Source: Lentimicrobiaceae bacterium
GTDB lineage: Bacteria > Bacteroidota > Bacteroidia > Bacteroidales > F082
Direction: 5' to 3'
Assembly: GCA_015061315.1 (NCBI GenBank)
Contig: SUWV01000009.1
Location: 19,193 to 83,192 of the forward strand
DNA length: 64,000 nt
Shown: positions 29,945 through 38,536 of the stretch, one piece after another
How the letters are laid out: each line of letters begins with the position of its first letter
How positions within the stretch are numbered: position 1 is the first letter of the stretch
Made by a program: the position numbers and the translations under genes
Notes under the pieces: model-generated
What the model saw: only the letters and a program-made list of their open reading frames with translations
Told to the model about the DNA's origin: nothing
The model's database searches: none

Positions 29945-31825
29945 TTATTCTATTATGAGTTTTTCAAAAGAACCATTAATATTAATGAGGTATAATCCTT
30001 TATCAATATCGCTGATGTTTATCGTAGCTTTGCTGATGTCAGAAACGTGAACTTCTTTCATGCAGCGGCCTGTCATATCGTATATCTTGACATCGGCATC
30101 GCCATTGAGTTGAGAAGTGATTTTGATTTCTGTTGAAGCCGGATTAGGATAAATATTGAATGATGACGACAACTCTTCAATACCATCAGGTTTTGTTGTA
30201 ACAAATTCCACTTTTGTTATCTCGCCCCATTCGCCTTTGATGTTTTTACCTTGAGCTACAGCGTAATATTCGGTATTTGCCTCAAGACCTTCCCATGTCC
30301 AATCGTCGATTTCATACAAAGCGTAAGGATCTTCGTACAAGAATTTCATTGTAGAGTCGATACCGATAGAATCAGAGAATGATTTTTCAATCAAGATGTA
30401 ATGATATTCTGCAGTCTCTTCGTTAGGTGTTGCTACGACACGAACTGATGTCGTTGTAAGTATTTCCACCTTAACATCTATAACAGAAACACCTTCGCCA
30501 CCCATTGCCACTGTATTGACAGAAAGTTGCTGAAGTTCGCCCGACTTACCTTCTGCGTCTTTAGGAAGCACATAGATGATATATTCTGTATCAGGGACTA
30601 AATCCTTCCATAAGTGTGTTGAAGGCTCTGTTCTTGCGATGCTCCATTGTTCAATAAGTTGTTCCAATGTCACGCCGAATACGGTAGTCCATTGTTCCAT
30701 ACTGCCTACGCTATCGCATAAGATGAAGTAAGAAGCGCACTCATCGTTAGGAGTGAAAGAAGCCTCGATAGTAGTCTCGGTAATATCAATAACACCTATT
30801 TCTACAGCAGGACCGTCGGCAGGTTCCGGATTTGGATTTTCATTTTCAACAGCCTCAAGAGTCCATGTAGCTGCGAGAGTTACGGCAGCATCACAGAAAA
30901 CATAATTGACACCTTCCACATACTCAACTTTAAAATAGTTGTTAGCTTTGCCTGCCACGAAATAAGGATCTGTAAGATAGAAAGTCTCATTTCCATTATC
31001 AATCATTTTCAAGGCCGACTTGTTAGAACTATTTGCATCGACATTCCATTGTTGGCACACAATATAATAGCCATCAGCGGAACGAAGATAAACATTGTCA
31101 TTTCCTGCATCTTCGATGGTAAATATTTGAGAATCGCTTTCAGCGTAATCTGCTACACCTACACCACCGATAGGACCGCTCTCATGAGCATCATGATTGA
31201 AAATGTGAAGATATTGATTTGTTGCTAAATCTTTTATACGATATTGCTCTACTGTCGGTTCTGGATCTGGTTCCGGATCTGGATTTGGTTCTTCACCACA
31301 TTCATATTCCTGTATGCCAAACTCAGCAAGAGCTGATACTACATCATCTGAGGTTTTTATCTCGCCTATATCTTGAAGCACGATGCTTTTATTTGGAGCG
31401 ATGAGCATCGTTGTTGGCTGGTTACAGTTGTGAGCGCGCCAAATATCCATAGCAGGTCCTTCCATACCATTAGATTCATCGGTATTGTGAATCATTGGAA
31501 ATTCTATACCATATTCATCTACATATTTTTTTGTGTTATTTGTTGTGCCATTTGGTACAACTCCAATAAAAAATACATCATGCTGGTTACAGCCTAATCT
31601 CTTATAAGCCTCAACCAATGGAGGTGTCACTGTAGGCGTTGCCTCATTTGTTCTGGTATTAATATGCAACAATACATATTGATCATTTTCTAGTATTTCA
31701 TACAAATGGATTTCGTCTCCAAAATAATCTGTTGCGATAAAGTCTGGAGCTTCTGTCAATGTAGTTTGTGCCTTCAAGCCGAGTGCAAAAACCACAGCAA
31801 TGATAAGGGATAGAAATTTCTTCAT
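29945..31825 (-). CDS. T9SS-sorted thioredoxin-fold multidomain protein, CxxC lost (paralog 2)
   Basis: The N-terminal fold is homologous to the other paralogs, but the active site reads HINTRTNEATP. It has EPNPDPEPDPEP and ENENPNPEP linkers, a possible lectin-like middle domain, two copies of a roughly 95-aa TPN...EWGE module, and a T9SS sorting domain. Confidence 0.7.
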   Translation of the reverse strand: MKKFLSLIIAVVFALGLKAQTTLTEAPDFIATDYFGDEIHLYEILENDQYVLLHINTRTNEATPTVTPPLVEAYKRLGCNQHDVFFIGVVPNGTTNNTKKYVDEYGIEFPMIHNTDESNGMEGPAMDIWRAHNCNQPTTMLIAPNKSIVLQDIGEIKTSDDVVSALAEFGIQEYECGEEPNPDPEPDPEPTVEQYRIKDLATNQYLHIFNHDAHESGPIGGVGVADYAESDSQIFTIEDAGNDNVYLRSADGYYIVCQQWNVDANSSNKSALKMIDNGNETFYLTDPYFVAGKANNYFKVEYVEGVNYVFCDAAVTLAATWTLEAVENENPNPEPADGPAVEIGVIDITETTIEASFTPNDECASYFILCDSVGSMEQWTTVFGVTLEQLIEQWSIARTEPSTHLWKDLVPDTEYIIYVLPKDAEGKSGELQQLSVNTVAMGGEGVSVIDVKVEILTTTSVRVVATPNEETAEYHYILIEKSFSDSIGIDSTMKFLYEDPYALYEIDDWTWEGLEANTEYYAVAQGKNIKGEWGEITKVEFVTTKPDGIEELSSSFNIYPNPASTEIKITSQLNGDADVKIYDMTGRCMKEVHVSDISKATINISDIDKGLYLININGSFEKLIIE

Positions 31826-31892
31826 AATTTATAATTTTAATGTTATGATATATTTGTTTACGAGTCTACAAATATAAGAAATAATATTCAAT

Positions 31893-31930
31893 AAAAAAAG
31901 CAGCAACCGAGATTTGATTGCTGCTTTTTT
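31893..31930. terminator. intrinsic terminator downstream of paralog 3
   Basis: A7-GCAGCAA...TTGCTGC-T6 is a hairpin flanked by A and T runs. Confidence 0.7.
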
Positions 31931-31949
31931 ATGTTAAAATCTGTTAAGA

Positions 31950-33701
31950 TTATTCAATAACTAATTTTTGGATGTTATAGCTGTTATCTTGTTGAATTGA
32001 GATGAAGTAAACACCTTTATTCAAGTCTTCAACATTGACAGAGACCTTGCTCATATCGTTGGCAGAAATTTCTTTCACGCAGCGACCTGTCATATCGAAG
32101 ATATTGATTTGAGCTTTTCCATTCAATGATGATTCGATGTTAATCATTGATTGAGCTGGATTTGGATAGATATTGAAGTTAGCTTCTATCTCTGTCAAAG
32201 CGTCTAATGAAGGTGTTGTAAAATGAACTATTGAAGTTTCACCCCATTCGTTGTTAAGGTTTTTAGCTGTTCCCAATGCAACGTATGCTGTTTCTGGAGT
32301 AAGCTCTGTCCATGTTGCTGATGTTTGTTCTGATGCTGGATAACCGTCATTACGGATTTGTTGTATTAATGACTCAACACCTGTTCCGTCGAAGACAGCT
32401 TTTGTAACCAAACCGAAATGGAATTCCACTGCGTGTATGTTAGGAGTTGCTGTAATTGTAACTTCTGTTGGCATAGCTTTGACGTCTAATGCAACTTCTG
32501 CTGGACCAGCTTCTTTTTCAACTACAAATTCTTCCACTGTTGGAGCGCCCCATTCACCTTCGCCGTTTCTACCGATAGCGACTACATAGTAAGGAACATT
32601 ACCTGGAATATTTTCTGTTTCAACAACATATGTGTCTCTGTCGCATAATGGATAATCGTCGTTAATCAAACTGATGAGGAATTTATAACTATTTTCTTCG
32701 CTTTCATCATAGAACTCTTTTTTCACAAAACCAAAGTGGTAATCTGCTGTCGATTCGTTAGGTTTTGCTGTAGCGTTGACGTGTGTGTCTGTTACCATTA
32801 CTTCGAGTTGTATTTCAGCTTCGCCATTATCACCTGGACATATTGTCTTAGTTTCTATAACTGATTTGTTACCGTTTGCATCGTCATAACCAATAGCTTG
32901 TGCATAAACGAAGTATGTTGTTAATTCTTTCAAACCTTCGAAAGTGTGTGAAAACTCAGTTCCTTCTGCTTTTGTTCCGTTTGCAATAATATCTTCAGAA
33001 GTCAAGTTTGCTGACTCAGAGATTGTATAATAAAAATCTTTTACAGCTGCATTCGCACGGAAATCGACGAAAACTTTTGTCGATGCTTCATAAATAACAC
33101 CAACGCCGTCTGGTATATAGAAATTATCTTTCTTAACCTTTGCGACAGATACTATTGGTTCTTGGTCGCCACAAAAATTCTCAGAGATATTGCCGTCTGA
33201 CACTTCTATAAGTTTGTTTACCAAATCATTTGCTGATGTAGGTTTATAATCTTGGAAAAGAATGCTACGGTCTGGAGCGATGAGAATCAAAGTAGGACAA
33301 GCAGCGATGTTATATGTTTCATAAATCACATCACCAGTAGTACCACCAGTCTTAGTATGTATTGTTGGATAAGGAATATTGTAAGTGTTAATCCATTGGT
33401 CTGTAGAATATGAAGCGTATGTGTCGGTTGGAGAAATTTCCATGAAATACACGTCGCCTTCGTTACAACCTAATTTATAGTATGCATCTACGATTCTTGG
33501 TGCATATTCTTTACATGGTCCACATGTAGAGAAAAAGAAATCAATTAAAACATATTGACCACCATCTAAGATTTCAAAGAGGTCAATTTCTTCACCATTG
33601 TGAGCTGTAGATGTGAAGTTTACAGCTTCTGTTAATGTGGTTTGTGCGCTAACGCTGATGCTTAATAACAAAGCGAAAGCAAATGATAAAAACTTTTTCA
33701 T
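31950..33701 (-). CDS. T9SS-sorted thioredoxin-fold multidomain protein with an intact CGPC motif (paralog 3)
   Basis: LIDFFFSTCGPCKEYAP is a thioredoxin/TlpA active site. It has three copies of the TPN...EWGE module and a C-terminal IYPNPAQS...INIFDMTGRCVKEI sorting domain. Confidence 0.75.
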   Translation of the reverse strand: MKKFLSFAFALLLSISVSAQTTLTEAVNFTSTAHNGEEIDLFEILDGGQYVLIDFFFSTCGPCKEYAPRIVDAYYKLGCNEGDVYFMEISPTDTYASYSTDQWINTYNIPYPTIHTKTGGTTGDVIYETYNIAACPTLILIAPDRSILFQDYKPTSANDLVNKLIEVSDGNISENFCGDQEPIVSVAKVKKDNFYIPDGVGVIYEASTKVFVDFRANAAVKDFYYTISESANLTSEDIIANGTKAEGTEFSHTFEGLKELTTYFVYAQAIGYDDANGNKSVIETKTICPGDNGEAEIQLEVMVTDTHVNATAKPNESTADYHFGFVKKEFYDESEENSYKFLISLINDDYPLCDRDTYVVETENIPGNVPYYVVAIGRNGEGEWGAPTVEEFVVEKEAGPAEVALDVKAMPTEVTITATPNIHAVEFHFGLVTKAVFDGTGVESLIQQIRNDGYPASEQTSATWTELTPETAYVALGTAKNLNNEWGETSIVHFTTPSLDALTEIEANFNIYPNPAQSMINIESSLNGKAQINIFDMTGRCVKEISANDMSKVSVNVEDLNKGVYFISIQQDNSYNIQKLVIE

Positions 33702-33824
33702 TTTTAAGAATTTAATGATTAATTATGGATTAAAATTAAGGCGCAAATGTAATACTTTTTTTTGAACTGATATGCTGAAAATCAGACTTTTTTAAGTTAA
33801 AAATTATCAACTATCAATTATTAA

Positions 33825-34865
33825 CTATTCATTATTAATTATCAACTTCTCAATATTACCATTAATATTAATAAGGTATAATCCCTTTTCAATATCGCTG
33901 ATATTTATCCTTGTATTATCATCGCAGATACGAACATCTTTCACGCAGCGCCCTGTCATGTCGTAAATCTTGACGTCGGCTTCTTTCATTTCAGATATTA
34001 TATTTATTTCTGATGAAGCTGGATTAGGATATATCTTAAAATTATTTAACAATAACTCTTCCACATTTTCTCCCGAGAAAGTCTTGTCGCATGCTTCATC
34101 AGATTTTTCTGACTCTGCTGTAGTACTTACGGCTGTCACACTAAAACAATATTCTGTATCCGCTGTCAAGCCTGTTACTGTATATTGAATATCGTCGATG
34201 CTATCCGCCACTAACTCTGTTCCTTGGTAAAGGTTATAAGTAACAGCGTTTTCCACTGCGTTCCATACCACGAGCATAGAAGTGTCGCTTGTTGCAATCA
34301 CCGTCGCTTCAGGTTTCTCAGGAGTTACTACAGGGACTTCTGGCTCTTCATCGCAGCTGTGTTCTTCAATGCCAAATGGAGCGAGAGCGTCTACTATGTC
34401 TTGAGCTGTTTCTACAGGATAAATGTCTTGAAGTACAATGCTACGATCTGGAGCTATCAGCACCAATGTCGGATATTGTTTTATACCATAAGTGTCGTCA
34501 ATTTTATCGCCTCCTGCTTCTCTGCTGATAGTCGGATATTCAACACCAAATTTCTCTACCCACCATTGACATATTTCATCGCTGTCGGAAGGAGATATTT
34601 CCATGAAAAACACGTCATGCTTATTGCAACCGAGAGCCTCGTATGCCTCAACAACATGCGGACATGCATCAAAACAAGGAGAACAACTATAAAAGTAAAA
34701 ATCTATTAACACATATTGTCCTCTGTCTAAGATTTCAAAAAGATGTATAGTATCTTGACCGTAGCAATCTACTGCTGTGAAGTCGACAGCTTCTGTTAAT
34801 GTAGCTTGTGCTTTTACGTTAAGACTCAATACTATTGCAAATAAAAGTGATATAATTTTCTTCAT
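33825..34865 (-). CDS. T9SS-sorted thioredoxin-fold protein with a CSPC motif plus an FN3-like domain (paralog 4)
   Basis: LIDFYFYSCSPCFDACP. The FN3-like segment is VVWNAVENAVTYNLYQG...EYCFSVTAV. A T9SS sorting domain is present. Confidence 0.75.
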   Translation of the reverse strand: MKKIISLLFAIVLSLNVKAQATLTEAVDFTAVDCYGQDTIHLFEILDRGQYVLIDFYFYSCSPCFDACPHVVEAYEALGCNKHDVFFMEISPSDSDEICQWWVEKFGVEYPTISREAGGDKIDDTYGIKQYPTLVLIAPDRSIVLQDIYPVETAQDIVDALAPFGIEEHSCDEEPEVPVVTPEKPEATVIATSDTSMLVVWNAVENAVTYNLYQGTELVADSIDDIQYTVTGLTADTEYCFSVTAVSTTAESEKSDEACDKTFSGENVEELLLNNFKIYPNPASSEINIISEMKEADVKIYDMTGRCVKDVRICDDNTRINISDIEKGLYLININGNIEKLIINNE

Positions 34866-34889
34866 GATGTAAATAATTTGTTTCTGTGC

Positions 34890-34897
34890 AAAAATAG
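34890..34897 (-). promoter_or_regulatory. -7 box TATTTTTG (minus strand) for paralog 4
   Basis: The reverse complement of CAAAAATA lies 25 nt upstream of the ATG at 34865. Analogous boxes precede paralog 3 (33744-33751, TACATTTG) and paralog 2 (31869-31876, TATATTTG). Confidence 0.55.
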
Positions 34898-34938
34898 CAA
34901 ATTATCATTTTGTGAATGGCTTGCTTCTAAAAAAAAAT

Positions 34939-34946
34939 TATCTTTG
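34939..34946 (+). promoter_or_regulatory. -7 box TATCTTTG upstream of HMG-CoA reductase
   Basis: A perfect TAnnTTTG 38 nt upstream of the ATG at 34984. It lies inside the longer GTG-initiated ORF, which supports the shorter start. Confidence 0.6.
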
Positions 34947-34983
34947 CAGAAACAGTAGTAAAGGCTTAAAATATATACAGATA

Positions 34984-36312
34984 ATGAGAAAAATAACACA
35001 TATTAGAAAAGGCTTTTCCAAGCTTCTCAAGGAAGATAAATTGAAAGCTGTTGCGGAATGTGTGAAGAACCCGTCTGAGTTTATTTCCTTATTGAAGAGT
35101 TTCTGGCATTCCGACGAGGAGAAACAGAAACAATTTGATGAGTTCAGCGAGAACACTATTTCTAATTTTCATGTCCCTTACGGCGTATCTCCCAATGTGA
35201 TTATCAATGATGAAACGTATATCGTTCCTATGGTTATTGAAGAAAGCTCTGTCGTGGCAGCAGCATCGGCAGCGGCGAAGTTCTGGGGCGACAGAGGTGG
35301 CTTCCATGCAGAAATAGTTGATGTGAAAAAAGTAGGTCAGGTGCATTTCTGCTGGAAAGGAGAGAAAGACACTTTGACAAAACTGATGCCCGACATCAAG
35401 GCTGAGCTTCTGAAAAACACTGCTTCCATCACAGAGAAAATGGAGAAACGCGGCGGCGGAATATTGGATATTGAACTCATCGATTTCACCGATAAGATAG
35501 ATAACTATTATCAGCTTCGCGTCACCTTCAACACCTGCGACTCCATGGGCGCTAACTTCATCAATTCTATCTTGGAAAACTTCGGTCATAGCTTGCAAGA
35601 CTTCTTCTTACGTCAGGATAATTTGAAAGAAGACGAGAGAGAAGTCGAGATTGTGATGTGTATCTTGTCGAATTATACTCCCGAATGTTTAGTGAAGGTT
35701 TGGGTTGAATGTGACGTGAAACAGTTAGATGGCGTCGATGAAAAACTCGATGGCAAGGCTTTCGCCGAGAAATTCAAGAAAGCTGTCGATATTGCACACG
35801 TCGACGTATATCGCGCTACCACTCATAACAAAGGAATTTATAACGGCATCGACGCCGTCGTCATCGCGACAGGCAACGACTTCCGTGCGGTAGAAGCAGC
35901 AGGACATTCCTACGCCGCAAGAAACGGTCGCTACGAAAGTCTTTCATACGTCGAAATTAAAGATGATATTTTCAGATTTACCTTGGAAGTACCACTCGCT
36001 CTCGGCACCGTCGGCGGATTGACATCCTTACATCCTCTTGCAAAACAATCGCTCGAGCTCATGGGTAATCCTTCGGCAAGACAGCTTATGATGATAGCTG
36101 CGACAATGGGACTCGCCAATAATTATGCTGCCGTTAAGTCACTAACAACAAAAGGAATACAACAAGGACACATGAAGATGCACCTCGCCAATATCCTCAA
36201 TCAGCTTGGAGCGACAGAAAATGAAAAGACATTGGCGATAGAATATTTTAAAGATAAAATCGTTTCTTATTCTGAAGTAGAGAAATTTTTACAATTAATA
36301 ATAACCAAATAG
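34984..36312 (+). CDS. mvaA: hydroxymethylglutaryl-CoA reductase, class II
   Basis: EESSVVAAAS, CDSMGANFIN and LGTVGG are class II HMGR signatures. It is followed by other mevalonate-pathway genes. Confidence 0.9.
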   Translation: MRKITHIRKGFSKLLKEDKLKAVAECVKNPSEFISLLKSFWHSDEEKQKQFDEFSENTISNFHVPYGVSPNVIINDETYIVPMVIEESSVVAAASAAAKFWGDRGGFHAEIVDVKKVGQVHFCWKGEKDTLTKLMPDIKAELLKNTASITEKMEKRGGGILDIELIDFTDKIDNYYQLRVTFNTCDSMGANFINSILENFGHSLQDFFLRQDNLKEDEREVEIVMCILSNYTPECLVKVWVECDVKQLDGVDEKLDGKAFAEKFKKAVDIAHVDVYRATTHNKGIYNGIDAVVIATGNDFRAVEAAGHSYAARNGRYESLSYVEIKDDIFRFTLEVPLALGTVGGLTSLHPLAKQSLELMGNPSARQLMMIAATMGLANNYAAVKSLTTKGIQQGHMKMHLANILNQLGATENEKTLAIEYFKDKIVSYSEVEKFLQLIITK

Positions 36313-36407
36313 CCTGAAGGGCTTATATAGATATAACGTATGGCATGGCCGTACGGAATTGCCTGAAGGGCTTATATAGATACAACGTATGGCATGGCCG
36401 TACGAAT
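36312..36407. repeat. tandem direct repeat, 2 x 49 bp, each unit carrying a CGTATGGC-atg-GCCGTACG hairpin
   Basis: Units at 36312-36360 and 36361-36407 differ at one position within the first 44 nt. They start at the last base of the HMGR stop codon. Confidence 0.85.
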
Positions 36408-36420
36408 ATAATGAGGAATT

Positions 36421-37419
36421 ATGAATTGTTTTAAATCGAACGGTAAATTTTTATTGACGGGAGAGTATCTCGTTTTGAAGGGCGCTACTGCTTTGGCTCT
36501 TCCCTTGGCATTAGGACAGAGCATGGAGGTAGAAATTTTAGGCTCCAACGATGGCAGGATTTATTGGGAAGCGCTTTTGAAGCCTGCGGTCAATGGTTTA
36601 TGGTCTACAGACATCGTTCATAGTGAAATACCTTGGTTTAAGGTTGTTTTAGACAAAAGAGATTTTAGTGTTGTTGCGACTGACGACAAGGAAAGAGCTG
36701 AGCGTTTGTCGGATATATTATCGAAGGCTAAGAGACTGAACGAAACTCTTTTTGATGAGCCGAGCGACTATAAATTCTGCACATATTTGGATTTCGACCC
36801 GCACTGGGGTCTGGGCAGCAGCTCCACCTTAATTAATAATATAGCCGAATGGGCTAATATAAATCCTTATCTTTTGTTGGACGAGACTTTCAAAGGCTCT
36901 GGCTACGACATAGCATGCGCTAAGGCGGAAGCACCAATCTTTTATCAAATCAACGAATCGACAGGACAAAGAGTCAATGAGTCGAGAGCGGCAAACTTCA
37001 ATCCTTCTTTTAAAGATAATATTTACTTTATATATCAAGGTCATAAGCAAAATTCTGCCAATGAAGTAAAGGCTTTCTTGGATAAGAAGAAAAATTATGA
37101 TAGAGAAATTAAATCGATCAGCGAGATCAGCAGAATTATTCCTGACATACAGACACTCAGTGATTTCAATTATTTCATCAAAGTTCATGAAGAGATAATG
37201 TCGAGCTGCTTAGAACGTAAACGCATAAAAAAACATTTCAACGATTTTGAAGGTGAGATGAAATCGCTCGGAGCATGGGGCGGCGATTTCTTCATGGCAG
37301 CCACAGAATGGGACGATGATAAAGTAATTGAATATTTTAGAAATAAAGGACTTGATGTTATTTTCAAATATAACGACATAATATTAAATCGTGAAATTGA
37401 AAAAACTCTAACCCTTTAA
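36421..37419 (+). CDS. GHMP-family kinase, probable phosphomevalonate kinase (ERG8-like)
   Basis: GKFLLTGEYLVLKGATALALP at the N-terminus, the GHMP motif HWGLGSSSTL, and the operon context. Confidence 0.6.
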   Translation: MNCFKSNGKFLLTGEYLVLKGATALALPLALGQSMEVEILGSNDGRIYWEALLKPAVNGLWSTDIVHSEIPWFKVVLDKRDFSVVATDDKERAERLSDILSKAKRLNETLFDEPSDYKFCTYLDFDPHWGLGSSSTLINNIAEWANINPYLLLDETFKGSGYDIACAKAEAPIFYQINESTGQRVNESRAANFNPSFKDNIYFIYQGHKQNSANEVKAFLDKKKNYDREIKSISEISRIIPDIQTLSDFNYFIKVHEEIMSSCLERKRIKKHFNDFEGEMKSLGAWGGDFFMAATEWDDDKVIEYFRNKGLDVIFKYNDIILNREIEKTLTL

Positions 37420-37452
37420 CACCTCTAATCCTTTAACCCTCTAACACCCACA

Positions 37453-38472
37453 ATGAATAATCAGATAATAAAACATAGTCCATCTAATATCGCAATAGTA
37501 AAATATTGGGGCAAACACGGAAATCAACTTCCTAATAATCCGTCTATCAGTTTTACCTTAAGTAATTGCTTTACAGAAACGAAAATAACTTACAGCAATA
37601 TAGATTCTCAGTTTTTCAAATCCTCAGATTCTCAGATTTCTTTAGATTTCTTTTTTGAAGGAAAGGAAAATCAAGCTTTTAAAGATAAGATAGAGAAGTT
37701 TATTCTGAAGAACGAACAATATTTTTCTTTCTTAAAAGGGCTTCATCTGAATATTGAAAGTCGCAATTCTTTTCCACATTCTTCTGGCATCGCTTCGAGT
37801 GCATCATCTATGAGTGCATTGGTAATGTGCTTATTAGGAATTAAATATAAAGACAGAGAGATTGATTTACAGGAGGCTTCATTTCTTTCAAGATTAGCAT
37901 CGGGCAGTGCAGCTCGTTCTGTATATCCGACAATGACCTTGTGGGGGAAAACTCCAACATTGTCGAATAGTTCCGATGAGTACGCCATTCCTATAGGCGA
38001 TATGATAGCACCAGTCTTCAAGTCATATCACGACACAATATTGATTGTCAGCTCAAAGGAAAAAAGTGTTTCAAGCCGCGCTGGTCATTCCTTGATGGAA
38101 AATCACCCTATGGCAGAAAGTCGTTACGCCACAGCAAGAAAAAATACTGAAGATTTATTGACGATTTTAAAACAAGGCGACATAGAAGGTTTTATAAAAA
38201 TAGCCGAAGCTGAAGCTAATCAGCTGCACGATTTAATGGCAACATCAAAGCCTTCATATACTCTCAAAGAACCTAATACTATTAATATCATTAATAAAAT
38301 TTTAGAATTTAGAAAAGACACTTCTCTTCCAATATGTTATACATTAGACGCTGGTCCTAACGTACATCTTCTCTATCCTGATTTCTGCGCCGATAAGGTT
38401 CAGCTCTTCATTGAAGACGTGTTGAAAGACTATTGTTTTGATAATAAATATATCGAGGATAAGGTTGGATGA
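37453..38472 (+). CDS. mvaD: diphosphomevalonate decarboxylase
   Basis: SPSNIAIVKYWGK, FPHSSGIASSASS and YTLDAGPNVH are MVD signatures. Confidence 0.9.
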   Translation: MNNQIIKHSPSNIAIVKYWGKHGNQLPNNPSISFTLSNCFTETKITYSNIDSQFFKSSDSQISLDFFFEGKENQAFKDKIEKFILKNEQYFSFLKGLHLNIESRNSFPHSSGIASSASSMSALVMCLLGIKYKDREIDLQEASFLSRLASGSAARSVYPTMTLWGKTPTLSNSSDEYAIPIGDMIAPVFKSYHDTILIVSSKEKSVSSRAGHSLMENHPMAESRYATARKNTEDLLTILKQGDIEGFIKIAEAEANQLHDLMATSKPSYTLKEPNTINIINKILEFRKDTSLPICYTLDAGPNVHLLYPDFCADKVQLFIEDVLKDYCFDNKYIEDKVG

Positions 38473-38536
38473 GGAATGAAGAATGTAGAATGTAGAATGA
38501 AGAATGTAGAATGGTTAATGCTTATTGACTTATATC

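Noticed and set aside
34912-34983. GTG-initiated 24-codon extension of HMG-CoA reductase. Comparable extensions are the TTG-initiated ones of mrdA (55175-55243), the GldH-like gene (55238-55291) and mvk (38525-38536), and the ATG-initiated one of vsr (63160-63195).
   Set aside because: For HMGR and vsr a TAnnTTTG promoter box lies inside the extension. For the others a proper signal peptide or conserved N-terminus begins at the downstream ATG.
36312-36420. Small RNA gene or riboswitch between HMG-CoA reductase and the next kinase gene
   Set aside because: The region is fully explained by a 2 x 49-bp tandem duplication. There is no recognisable riboswitch core. It is kept as a repeat/attenuator candidate instead.
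38471-38520. Possible CRISPR array or other spaced repeat in the GAATGWAGAATG tract, and in similar tracts at 984-1013, 1142-1182 and 51899-51977
   Set aside because: The repeat period is only 7-8 nt with no unique spacers. The total length is under 80 bp and no cas genes are in the window. These are word-type tandem repeats, not CRISPR.
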